Positions 10,860 through 20,324 of a stretch of 64,000 nucleotides of DNA are shown piece by piece. The notes under the pieces are model-generated. The model did not search any database. It had not been told where the DNA came from and saw only the letters and a program-made list of their open reading frames with translations. The position numbers and the translations under genes are program-made. Source of the stretch: an uncultured Muribaculaceae bacterium (lineage in GTDB: Bacteria; Bacillota_I; Bacilli_A; RF39; UBA660); NCBI GenBank assembly GCA_964560085.1, contig CAZLKF010000001.1:184794-248793 (forward strand), written 5' to 3'. The number at the start of each line of letters is the position of its first letter. Positions within the stretch are counted from its first letter, which is position 1.

Positions 10860-11216
10860 TTACTTCCTTTTTATTAATTTTATTTCATTTAATTTCTTTT
10901 CCATTAATTCATGACGTAATTGTTGTTGATGATTAATGAGCATTATATCTTGACCTAAAAAACGAGTTTGATATTCCTCATCATCCTTATTAGCTCTATA
11001 TCGTGCTTTTGCTTCTTTTATTTGCTCCTTTTCCACTTCTAATAGTGGAACAGACATCATAACAACTTCATAATGAGCTTTAGCACTTTGATTATGTTCA
11101 CCACCAAAATAACTATAAGCTTTTGATATTACCCAATTACATGTTCTTTCAAATTTGTTAGTCAATGACATTATTCCTAAATATAATTTTAAACTTTTCT
11201 TTTCCAAATTAACCAC
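10860..11216 (-). CDS. Hypothetical protein with coiled-coil C-terminus
   Basis: 118-aa ORF; Lys/Glu-rich helical C-terminal half. Confidence 0.35.
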   Translation of the reverse strand: MVNLEKKSLKLYLGIMSLTNKFERTCNWVISKAYSYFGGEHNQSAKAHYEVVMMSVPLLEVEKEQIKEAKARYRANKDDEEYQTRFLGQDIMLINHQQQLRHELMEKKLNEIKLIKRK

Positions 11217-11276
11217 CCTACTTTATTTATAACTTATTTAGTGTTTTTTGTCAAATAAAAAAGGATATTTCTATCC

Positions 11277-13928
11277 TTAAATTGCTGAATATGTGATACG
11301 TGAAGAAATATCTTTACAACTTGCATAATTGGAAGTTCCACAAGAAGTTGTATACCAAGTTGAATCACTAGTATTCCAAGAACTACATCCGCAATGTGAA
11401 CAACTTGTACTATAAACGGATAAAGCATAGCTATTATAGCATTCGGAATTGCAACTATTCCATGCAAATCCAAGATCATTACACTCAGCATATAATTCGC
11501 CATATCCTCTTCTTCCAATATAGCAACCTTTAGATTGACATAATGTTCCCGAATTACAATAAGTACAAGCATTACATTGATTACATGTATAATGTTGATA
11601 CTCATTTCTGCTCACAATTTTTACCGAGCAACTATTAGTTTTTCCTTCAGCATCTTTTATATAAGCATTGTAGGTCCCAGCTGTAGAAATAGCTTTTGTA
11701 TTAGATGACGAATAGTTAATACCATCCCATGAATATGTAATACCACTTGTCTGCGATGGTGTAATTGTTAATGTTTTACTTGTTGTATAACCACTTGTAG
11801 TTGTTATGTTGCAAGTTGTAGTGGAAAATTGGGAAGCTGCACAAGAGGAAGATATTACGTAAGGTGAAGTACTTGTTCCATTGCCTGTAAATGCAGTTGT
11901 TCCTTTTAAATACACAGTGGGTCTTATACCACGTGCCTCTGTTGCCGTATTCAAACTAACAGATCCTGTTGTATTTTGATATCTAACACGTGTCGCTGAA
12001 TATGGATTTATAACCCAATATACACTAGATGAAATATACATCCAATTATTTGTCTTACAAGCGTATGGGGAATTATTAAAGACATTCCATGTTGATGAGT
12101 CATTACAACTTGTACTTGCTCTTAAATAATCAGTTACTGAAGGTAAAGCAACATTTTTACTAACTAATCTGCTTTTTTCATTATCAATAGTTGTTGATAT
12201 TGTAACTCCACTACTTGATGCGCCATAAGGAACTGTTCCCGCATCAAAACTATGTGTAACTAATTGACTTCGCGCAAGTTCTGTCATGGAACTATAGAAA
12301 GTTGTATCTAAAACCGTATTGATTTTCATTGAACTATAAGTTTCAAGATTACTACCACTCGTATGATATACATCATTTGAATAAATTCCATTATAAATTA
12401 TTTTATATGCACCATCAGGTTCAATCGAAATTATGCGCCATATTTGGCCATTATAACTAACATAATTGTTAGGATTAGCCCCTTTAAAATAATATCTGCC
12501 AATTGTTTTCGCATCAACATATAATCCATCACCACTTGTTACTATTGCCTGATCACCTAGTATTTTACTATATATGTTAAATGTTATTGTTTTACTAGTT
12601 GCGACATTTCCGACATTATCTGAAACATTGTAAGTAATTGTATAAGTACCAACACCATAATTTGCTAAATTTGTAATAGCAGTTGTACCATTTTTTATAG
12701 CTAATGTTCCATAATTAACTCCACTATAAGAATCACTTATATTGACATAATTTGATAAAGGAATAGTTGAACCTTTAGTTAAACATACCGAAGTGGTTGT
12801 CGGATTTATTACGGGCACTTCATTATCAAATCTAAATACCCCTGAACAAGAATCACTTTGATTACCAATTTTATCAGTTGCGTATATACATAAATACCAA
12901 TCACCATTGCCACTAGCTTTTGAAATAGTGTTTCCCGAGGTAAAATTAGTCCCACTTGCTGCACTCGTTCCAGATGTTTGGGTCCATAAATATTTTGTTG
13001 TAGCAACTCCTGTTAAATTATCAGATACAGTTACAATAGTAGATTGTGATTTACCATATGCATTATTGCCATTCGTATTTATAGTTATTGTTGGTGACTC
13101 GGAATCAACAGTTATTGATGAACTACTAGTAACAGCATTTCCATTACCTGCGGTATCAATAATAGATCCTGCTTTAAGCACTATCGAATTACTTCCATTT
13201 CCAAGATTACCAACTATAGTCAAAGTATATTTATAGCCATTTGTAATGGTTTCTTTTATTATATTGTTAATTGTAAACAAATTATTAGTTAAATTAAAAT
13301 CATTTGATGTCAAATCTTTGTTTTGAATATTAGAAGCATCTGTACATGTTAAACTAATGGTTGTCGTTGTTCCACTTTTAAGATATTGATTAGCAAAAGA
13401 ACTCCATATACAATTTGGAGGCGTAGAATCATAATTTAAAGAGAATGTTCCCACCAATATTTGTTTGCTATAGGGACTTGTCGCATTTAAATACAAATTT
13501 GATGTTACAGACCCTATACTATTTTTGGGTACAATAATTACATTAACAGTTGAAGTTGAATTAGTAGCAATGACACCATCTATAGTAGAAACATTTACAG
13601 AACCATTAAAGAATTGTAAATTTGTGTTAGTTAAACTCAAATTATATGAAGACGCGAAATTACTTGTATTTGTTATAACTATAGGAATTACTATCTGATT
13701 TTGAGCATTTGCTTGAAAACTATTAGTATTAACACTAGTAGTAAGCAAAAGATCTCTTGTTTTTAAAGAAATAACTTGAGTACTATTCATATTATAGTAA
13801 GCAGATATTTCTGACAAAGAAAAAAAACTGATAAATATAAATAGTAAGAGTCTTAAAAAAAATTTTATATTATAAGAATTATTTTTTATCATATTATAAT
13901 TATTGCCAATAATTGTTTGTTTAAACAA
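11277..13928 (-). CDS. Large secreted Ser/Thr/Asn-rich protein with Ig-like repeats and a Cys-rich C-terminal module
   Basis: Signal-peptide-like LRLLLFIFISFFSLSEISA, multiple beta-rich repeats, about 20 Cys in the last ~120 aa (YTCNQCNACTYCNSGTLCQSKGCY...CSHCGCSSW). No LPXTG motif or C-terminal TM. The start may be an internal Met. Confidence 0.6.
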   Translation of the reverse strand: MFKQTIIGNNYNMIKNNSYNIKFFLRLLLFIFISFFSLSEISAYYNMNSTQVISLKTRDLLLTTSVNTNSFQANAQNQIVIPIVITNTSNFASSYNLSLTNTNLQFFNGSVNVSTIDGVIATNSTSTVNVIIVPKNSIGSVTSNLYLNATSPYSKQILVGTFSLNYDSTPPNCIWSSFANQYLKSGTTTTISLTCTDASNIQNKDLTSNDFNLTNNLFTINNIIKETITNGYKYTLTIVGNLGNGSNSIVLKAGSIIDTAGNGNAVTSSSSITVDSESPTITINTNGNNAYGKSQSTIVTVSDNLTGVATTKYLWTQTSGTSAASGTNFTSGNTISKASGNGDWYLCIYATDKIGNQSDSCSGVFRFDNEVPVINPTTTSVCLTKGSTIPLSNYVNISDSYSGVNYGTLAIKNGTTAITNLANYGVGTYTITYNVSDNVGNVATSKTITFNIYSKILGDQAIVTSGDGLYVDAKTIGRYYFKGANPNNYVSYNGQIWRIISIEPDGAYKIIYNGIYSNDVYHTSGSNLETYSSMKINTVLDTTFYSSMTELARSQLVTHSFDAGTVPYGASSSGVTISTTIDNEKSRLVSKNVALPSVTDYLRASTSCNDSSTWNVFNNSPYACKTNNWMYISSSVYWVINPYSATRVRYQNTTGSVSLNTATEARGIRPTVYLKGTTAFTGNGTSTSPYVISSSCAASQFSTTTCNITTTSGYTTSKTLTITPSQTSGITYSWDGINYSSSNTKAISTAGTYNAYIKDAEGKTNSCSVKIVSRNEYQHYTCNQCNACTYCNSGTLCQSKGCYIGRRGYGELYAECNDLGFAWNSCNSECYNSYALSVYSTSCSHCGCSSWNTSDSTWYTTSCGTSNYASCKDISSRITYSAI

Positions 13929-13939
13929 AAAAAGTACTT

Positions 13940-14545
13940 TTAAAGCACTTTTTTTAAATTTTCGATATTTATTTTTATATTCTTTAAAATATAACTTCCA
14001 GAAACAACAATGTCACTGTCTATTAATGAAATATTTGTATTGTCAATTCCCCCATCAACTTCAATTTTAACTTTTTTAGGTATAGCAGAAATTTTTGATA
14101 AAACTTTTTTATTAAAAACTTGCCCACCATAACCAGCTTTAACACTCATTATTAAAATTAAATCAACTTCATCAATGTACTTATTAATTTCCTTTATATC
14201 TGTATTTATATCAACAGCAAGACCACATTTAATATTACTTTTTTTGATATAATTGATTATTTTTTTGATGTCTTGAGGAATTTCGATGTGAATTGTAATA
14301 TATTCAACATTTAAATCTTTGATAGCATCAATATAAGGAATTGGATCATTAATCATTAAATGAACATCATTTTTTTTCGTTGACTTCTTTAATAAATCAA
14401 CTAATTCAGCAATTGGAAATTGATAATTATTAACAAAAATTCCATCCATTACATCAAAATGAATATAATCTGTTGCCGAATTATTTAATTCCATAATAGT
14501 TTTAACACGATCTTCAGCATTTAAAATTGAGGTTGATATTTCCAT
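13940..14545 (-). CDS. rpe: Ribulose-phosphate 3-epimerase
   Basis: MEISTSILNAEDRVKTIMELNNSATDYIHFDVMDGIFVNN (Rpe N-terminal metal site); conserved position downstream of rsgA. Confidence 0.9.
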   Translation of the reverse strand: MEISTSILNAEDRVKTIMELNNSATDYIHFDVMDGIFVNNYQFPIAELVDLLKKSTKKNDVHLMINDPIPYIDAIKDLNVEYITIHIEIPQDIKKIINYIKKSNIKCGLAVDINTDIKEINKYIDEVDLILIMSVKAGYGGQVFNKKVLSKISAIPKKVKIEVDGGIDNTNISLIDSDIVVSGSYILKNIKINIENLKKVL

Positions 14546-14548
14546 AAT

Positions 14549-15379
14549 TCACTTCCTATTTATAAAATTTAAATAATTATTATATCTTTCTTTTAAGATT
14601 TCATCTGTTTTGATTTTTTCTTTTACGCTGCAACCATCTTCAGCTATATGCATACAATCACGATATTTGCAATCTTGCAAACAGTTAAACATATCCAACA
14701 TATTATCACGAATCTCAATTGCTTTTAAAGAAGACAAATCAATAGATGAAAAACCTGGAGTATCAGCAACTAAACCACCATCTAATTCCATAAGCTCAGT
14801 ATGTCTAGTTGTATGTTTCCCACGACCAAGAGCCTTAGAAATGTCATCAGTTTTTAATTCCAAAAAAGGATTCAACATATTTAGTAAACTGCTTTTACCA
14901 GCTCCACTTTGACCTGTAAAAACTGTAAGTTTATCTTTAAATAAATTCTTAAAGTTTTTTTTATCTTCATTAGTCAAAACTAAATAACCCATATTTTCAT
15001 AATAACTAATATATTTTTCGATTTTTGCTCTTTCAACTACATTTAGTAAATCCAATTTTGTAAAACAAATAATTGGTCTAATATTGTTATATTCAATTAT
15101 TGTTAATAATTTATCCAACAAATTAGAATCAAATTCAGGATTTTTAACACTTGTTACAATAAAAGCTTGATCAACATTACTAACCGGTGGTCTAATTAAA
15201 GAATTTTTGCGTGGTAAAATTTTTTCGATTATCTTTTTATTTTGATCAAATTCCACCATATCACCAACTAAAGGTGACTCTTTAGTATTACGAAATATTC
15301 CTCTTGCCTTACATATATATTTACTATTACCTAAAACAGTATAATCATTACTTATTTGTTTTATTATACGACCAATCAT
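14549..15379 (-). CDS. rsgA: Ribosome small-subunit-dependent GTPase A
   Basis: Circularly permuted GTPase with G1 GQSGAGKSSLLN and C-terminal Zn finger CLQDCKYRDCMHIAEDGC. Confidence 0.9.
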   Translation of the reverse strand: MIGRIIKQISNDYTVLGNSKYICKARGIFRNTKESPLVGDMVEFDQNKKIIEKILPRKNSLIRPPVSNVDQAFIVTSVKNPEFDSNLLDKLLTIIEYNNIRPIICFTKLDLLNVVERAKIEKYISYYENMGYLVLTNEDKKNFKNLFKDKLTVFTGQSGAGKSSLLNMLNPFLELKTDDISKALGRGKHTTRHTELMELDGGLVADTPGFSSIDLSSLKAIEIRDNMLDMFNCLQDCKYRDCMHIAEDGCSVKEKIKTDEILKERYNNYLNFINRK

Positions 15380-17098
15380 TTATTCTAGTTCATCCTCATT
15401 GTCGATCTCTGCAACTGGTTCAACCGCAACAGTTATGATTAAAGTATATGGACTAGTAACACGCATACCAGCTTTTCGACTTTGCGCAATTACGGTTCCC
15501 GGTGCATAATCAGATGTTTGCTTTTCTTGTTTTTGAATTGTCACATCATATTTTGTACAAAATGTTTCGATATCTTCAAAAGTCCACTTTTCAGTTACAA
15601 AATCAGGATATTCAGTAACAACATCTGGAATAGTTAAAATAATACTATCACCTTCACTGATAATTGCTCCTTTTTTTGGATTTTGACCAATAATTGTATT
15701 TTCATCAACCTTTGTATCTGTTACTTCTTCAGTTTCAACATTAATTTTGATTCCTAAAGCTTCTAAATTACCTTTTACTTCATAATAGTTTTTACCTATA
15801 TAATTATCCAAAACGATTCCTTTTACCCCTGATGATACAATTAAAGTTACAACTTTTCCTTTTTTTACTGTTCGCCCAGCAATCGGTTCAGTTGCAATTA
15901 CTCGCCCTGATTCAACATTACTGCTGCTCTTATAAGTAATTTCTGTATTAACATCTAAACCAAGCGCTTTGATGGTTTTCTCGGCCGTTACAATGTCCAT
16001 AGTCGAGACATCTGTTATTGTTACTTCTGGCACTTGTGTAAGCTTAGGATAGATAATTAAGATGCTTCCTAAAGCTAGAAATAAAAATATGCAAATCAAA
16101 CCAGTTATAACAACAGCTGAGTTTAACCAATTAATGCTTTTTTTGCTTTTGTTATTCATACTCAATGTACCTCCTAAATTATCAAATTCAACATTTTTTA
16201 ACGACTGAATTCGCTTTGTTTTTTCAATTTCATGTTCAGGAAATTTGTAAGTGTATGGTTCATCATTTTTGTGCTCGTCATTCAAACAAACTTTTATATC
16301 CTCATACATCTCATCAACGTTATCATAGCGATTATCAGGATTCTTTGCACAAGCACGAATTAAAATGTTCTCTACACTTTGTGGAATATCCGGATTCTTC
16401 TTACAAACCGAAGGCAAGTTTTCCTTTAATTGCTTCATAGCTATTTCAACAGCATTTTCACCCTTAAAAGGAATAGTTCCGGTAAGAAGTTCATACATTA
16501 AAATTCCTAATGAATAAATATCACTTTTAACAGTTGTCGCTTTACCACTTGCTTGTTCTGGTGGCAAGTAATGAACCGACCCCATTACGGAATTTGTTTG
16601 AGTCATTTCAACGCTATTTAAAGCCATTGCAATTCCAAAATCAGTTATTTTTACTTTACCATCATCTAATATCATTACATTCTGTGGTTTAATATCACGA
16701 TGAATAATGTAACTTTTATGAGCACAGGAAATACCAGATGTTAATTGAAGCATAATATCAATTACTTCAAGTAATGATAACGCCCCTCTTTTTTTGATTA
16801 AACTCTTTAAAGTTTTTCCTTCGACTAATTCCATAACAATAAAATAATTACCATTATCTTCACCAACATCATAAACTTCAACAATATTTGGATGATTTAA
16901 ACTACTTGCGGATATGGCTTCTCTTTGAAAACGACGCACAAATTTATCATCTTCGGCTAAATCACCACGCAAAATTTTAACAGCTACTTGGCGATTTAAG
17001 ATTAGGTCCTCAGCAAGGTAAACATTGGCCATCCCACCTTCACCAATTGCTTTTATTATTTGATAGCGATCATTTATCTTCTGCCCCTTTGTAATCAA
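15380..17098 (-). CDS. prkC: Ser/Thr protein kinase with PASTA repeats
   Basis: Kinase motifs GEGGMANVY, HRDIKPQN, DFGIA; TM segment, then three PASTA-like repeats. Confidence 0.9.
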   Translation of the reverse strand: MITKGQKINDRYQIIKAIGEGGMANVYLAEDLILNRQVAVKILRGDLAEDDKFVRRFQREAISASSLNHPNIVEVYDVGEDNGNYFIVMELVEGKTLKSLIKKRGALSLLEVIDIMLQLTSGISCAHKSYIIHRDIKPQNVMILDDGKVKITDFGIAMALNSVEMTQTNSVMGSVHYLPPEQASGKATTVKSDIYSLGILMYELLTGTIPFKGENAVEIAMKQLKENLPSVCKKNPDIPQSVENILIRACAKNPDNRYDNVDEMYEDIKVCLNDEHKNDEPYTYKFPEHEIEKTKRIQSLKNVEFDNLGGTLSMNNKSKKSINWLNSAVVITGLICIFLFLALGSILIIYPKLTQVPEVTITDVSTMDIVTAEKTIKALGLDVNTEITYKSSSNVESGRVIATEPIAGRTVKKGKVVTLIVSSGVKGIVLDNYIGKNYYEVKGNLEALGIKINVETEEVTDTKVDENTIIGQNPKKGAIISEGDSIILTIPDVVTEYPDFVTEKWTFEDIETFCTKYDVTIQKQEKQTSDYAPGTVIAQSRKAGMRVTSPYTLIITVAVEPVAEIDNEDELE

Positions 17099-17100
17099 AA

Positions 17101-17835
17101 CTAGTCACCATCCTTTACAAGATAAGCTATAGATATATTATCTGTTCCCCCACGATTATTACTTTTAACAATCAATTTATTTAGTTTTTCTTGAATAGTT
17201 AAATCAGATTCTAAGACTTTCATTATTTGATCATTATCTAACATATTAGTTAAGCCATCACTACACAACAAAACAGAATCAACATCTGTTTCAACATCAA
17301 ACACGTCCATTTCAACAGTTGTTGTCGCTCCAAGTGCTTTCATCAAAACATTCTTACGTGGATGATCTTTTGCTTCTTCCTCCGTCAATTCACCAGATTT
17401 AACAAGTAAATTAACTAAAGTATGATCAGTAGTGATTTTATGTAATTCATTATTTTTTATAACAAAACCTGAGGAATCACCAATATTACCAAATAGTAAA
17501 TAATCTTTCGAACTTAAGCAAACAACAATTGTTGTCCCCATTCCACTGCTTTCAGAATGTTCTTGCGTATAATTGATTATTAATTCGTTTGCTTCGCTGA
17601 CAGCTTTTTTCAACCATTCAACAGCTACTTCTTTTGTCTTTAATTCTTTGTTTTTTAAAAATGTATCTGTTAAATGATTTATAACAATATTAGATGCAAC
17701 TTCACCAGCACGATGTCCACCCATACCATCAGCAACAGCCATTAGATATTCACCACAACTATTTTCAACAATTGTTACGCTATCTTCATTGTGCTCACGA
17801 ACAGTACCTGCATCTGTTATATAAAAATATTTCAT
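17101..17835 (-). CDS. stp: PP2C-family Ser/Thr phosphatase
   Basis: VADGMGGHRAGEVAS and C-terminal GGTDNISIA motifs; 3-nt gap to prkC. Confidence 0.9.
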   Translation of the reverse strand: MKYFYITDAGTVREHNEDSVTIVENSCGEYLMAVADGMGGHRAGEVASNIVINHLTDTFLKNKELKTKEVAVEWLKKAVSEANELIINYTQEHSESSGMGTTIVVCLSSKDYLLFGNIGDSSGFVIKNNELHKITTDHTLVNLLVKSGELTEEEAKDHPRKNVLMKALGATTTVEMDVFDVETDVDSVLLCSDGLTNMLDNDQIMKVLESDLTIQEKLNKLIVKSNNRGGTDNISIAYLVKDGD

Positions 17836-18863
17836 CTTAAATCCTCCTCATAATTAGCTCGAAGTTGACCACAAGCAGCCATAACCTTAGAACCAAACTC
17901 TTTTCTTATTGTAACGTTTATATTATTTTTTTTCAAGGTATCATAGAATTTCATAACTGTTTCTTTACTACTTTTTTTAAATAAACTATCGTTAGAAGTA
18001 GTATTATAAGGAATCAAATTAACATAACAATTGATACCTCTCAACAAATTAGCTAATTCATTAGCATTTAAAACAGAATCATTAATACCACTCAGCATAA
18101 TGTATTCAAATGTCACTCGCCTGTTAGTTTTCTTAATATATTCTTTTACTACTGAAATTAATTCTTCTATTTTATAAGCCTTATTTACAGGCATTATTCT
18201 ATCCCTTATATCATTATTTGGTGCATGTAAGCTAATTGCCAAATTTACTTGACGATCATACAACATAAATTCTTTTATTTTAGGAACAATCCCACAAGTT
18301 GAGATAGTAATATGACGAGCTCCCAAATCAATTCCTTTTGGATCATTAATAATATCAATAAATTTAAGAACATTATCATAATTATCAAATGGCTCACCTA
18401 TTCCCATTAAGACAATATGAGTTATTCGTAGATTTTTTAATTGCTCTATTTGCATTATTTGTAATACCATTTCAAAAGGTTCTAAATTACGAACTTTTTT
18501 TAAGCGTCCACTTTCACAAAAAAGGCAACTCATATTGCAACCTACTTGGGTTGATATACATAAACTATCGCCGTAATCATGATGCATTAATACTGCTTCA
18601 ACACGATTCGAATCATTTAATTCAAAAAGGTATTTATCAACATCTTTATCGCTTTGACTTGTTATTATTTTTAATTTATCAATAGTATAATTAGCAGTCA
18701 AAAAATTAATAGTTTCTTTTGAGACGTTTGCCATCAAAGAAAACTCTTTTACGCGTTTTTTATATAACCATTCATATATTTGTACAGCCTTAAACTTTTT
18801 CTGCTCATTTTCAACTAATTTTTTTTCCAATTCTTCTTTTGTTAAATTATATATGCTATTCAT
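17832..18863 (-). CDS. rlmN: 23S rRNA/tRNA m2A methyltransferase (radical SAM)
   Basis: CISTQVGCNMSCLFCESG radical-SAM cluster motif and C-terminal catalytic Cys; conserved rlmN-stp-prkC-rsgA-rpe order. Confidence 0.9.
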   Translation of the reverse strand: MNSIYNLTKEELEKKLVENEQKKFKAVQIYEWLYKKRVKEFSLMANVSKETINFLTANYTIDKLKIITSQSDKDVDKYLFELNDSNRVEAVLMHHDYGDSLCISTQVGCNMSCLFCESGRLKKVRNLEPFEMVLQIMQIEQLKNLRITHIVLMGIGEPFDNYDNVLKFIDIINDPKGIDLGARHITISTCGIVPKIKEFMLYDRQVNLAISLHAPNNDIRDRIMPVNKAYKIEELISVVKEYIKKTNRRVTFEYIMLSGINDSVLNANELANLLRGINCYVNLIPYNTTSNDSLFKKSSKETVMKFYDTLKKNNINVTIRKEFGSKVMAACGQLRANYEEDLR

Positions 18864-18939
18864 ACCTACACCCTATTAAATTATATCAAAAAAAAGAAGA
18901 AAATAACATCTATTTCCTACTTTTTTTTGAATTGCCAAT

Positions 18940-19491
18940 TTAAATGTCAACTGTTCTAATATCCGTCAAAATCCAATCATAATCAACAGCGTTATATGTT
19001 CTTCCACAATAAGCGCACTTGCCATCATAATTAGCATTAATATTGGCACCACATCCTGGACACTTTTTAGCGTCGTGTTCCTTCTTCACTACTCTTTTTT
19101 TAGTAAATGTCAAATAATTATTTTTCATAATTCGACTTTCATCTTGACCAGCAACTATTTTTCCTTCACTAGACATTATATAATCAATTGCTTTTGAAAC
19201 AATTATTACTCTTATAATAAATTGATCTTCAAGAATATTAATATCTTCTATTTCCGTCGAAGTCACATTTAGTTGCTCATACATCTGAATTTGGTTATTT
19301 TTGATCAAATTATCAACATAAGTAACATATTTGTTGTAAACTTCATCGCTTAAGAAATGACGAACTTTTAACATATCTTTCATCATTATGGAAGTCATCA
19401 ACATAACAAATACATTATCTACTTTGGTTTTAAACATACTTGTTGAAAATGTTTCATCTAGTTTTTGTAATTCTTCTACCATTATTCCCAA
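18940..19491 (-). CDS. Tim44-like domain protein with C-terminal zinc ribbon (cytoplasmic paralog)
   Basis: C-terminal CPGCGANINANYDGKCAYCG zinc ribbon; domain homologous to the C-terminal half of the adjacent 280-aa protein. Confidence 0.4.
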   Translation of the reverse strand: MGIMVEELQKLDETFSTSMFKTKVDNVFVMLMTSIMMKDMLKVRHFLSDEVYNKYVTYVDNLIKNNQIQMYEQLNVTSTEIEDINILEDQFIIRVIIVSKAIDYIMSSEGKIVAGQDESRIMKNNYLTFTKKRVVKKEHDAKKCPGCGANINANYDGKCAYCGRTYNAVDYDWILTDIRTVDI

Positions 19492-20324
19492 CCTTGACCT
19501 TTCTTTTCTTTCTTTGTCATTATTAAGTCATGATGTGAAGAAACTATTGTTGAATTGCAATAACTACAAATATTTGATGCTTGATTTGCAATTGGTGCTC
19601 CACAATTTGGACATTTACCATTATTTGCGTCTTTTGTCATTGTAAATGTTAACTCATAATGCATCAACATTCGACGTGCATCAGTACCTTTGATAACTTT
19701 ATTCTGAGCATCAATAACATAATCTTTTTGGGCAACAACTAATTCTAGTTTTATTGTCACCAAATCATTATCCGCATATATATCAGTTATTGCAATGTCT
19801 CTTTTAATAAAATCACTCATTACATTTTTTTGATTCTTCATCTTCAATGTTTCAAGTTGCATTTTATACATATTAAACATTTCATCAGATGTATATTTTT
19901 GCATAGTTTCATAATCGAAATTAGTCCAAGCAATTTGAATATTTTTATAGATTTCAAAAACTTGATCTTGTATTTCGACAGGTGTTAGATCAGTTAACTG
20001 CTTAATTTTAATTGAATCTTCATAATGATTTGTAATCGAAGATTTATGTGACGAACTTTGAACATTGTTTTTATTTTTAGAATAAATTATAGCTACTATA
20101 ATTATGATTACCACCAATAAAACAAATGAGCCTGGGGTTAATTCGCCACCTGATCCTGAATAATCACCACCAAAGTCAAAGTCAAAATCACCACCACTAT
20201 AACCGCCACCATAATCACTATCCCAGCCTGAATCAGCTTTAACACTTAAAGCTAAAATTGAAAAGCAAGTCATTACTGATAATACAAATAGCAAAATTGT
20301 TGAATACTTATGATTTTTTTTCAT
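19482..20324 (-). CDS. Membrane-anchored Tim44-like domain protein with Gly/Asp-rich ectodomain and C-terminal zinc ribbon
   Basis: Signal/TM, then GWDSDYGGGYSGGDFDFDFGGDYSGSGG, TM VLLVVIIIIVAIIY, Tim44-like domain, then CPNCGAPIANQASNICSYC. Confidence 0.4.
   Translation of the reverse strand: MKKNHKYSTILLFVLSVMTCFSILALSVKADSGWDSDYGGGYSGGDFDFDFGGDYSGSGGELTPGSFVLLVVIIIIVAIIYSKNKNNVQSSSHKSSITNHYEDSIKIKQLTDLTPVEIQDQVFEIYKNIQIAWTNFDYETMQKYTSDEMFNMYKMQLETLKMKNQKNVMSDFIKRDIAITDIYADNDLVTIKLELVVAQKDYVIDAQNKVIKGTDARRMLMHYELTFTMTKDANNGKCPNCGAPIANQASNICSYCNSTIVSSHHDLIMTKKEKKGQGWE

Noticed and set aside
11234-11605. 123-aa ORF overlapping the 3' end of the 883-aa gene in another frame
   Set aside because: It is low-complexity, sits wholly inside a strongly supported longer CDS on the same strand, and has no independent RBS.
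12907-13236. Plus-strand ORFs antisense to large minus-strand CDSs (also 2685..2903, 3325..3552, 14610..14912, 16165..16440, 18389..18685, 45080..45541, 46487..46867, 47863..48099, 48587..48826, 53378..53803, 56898..57290)
   Set aside because: These are shadow ORFs opposite well-supported genes (tuf, fusA, clpC, prkC, etc.). They are low-complexity and lack RBS or promoter signals.
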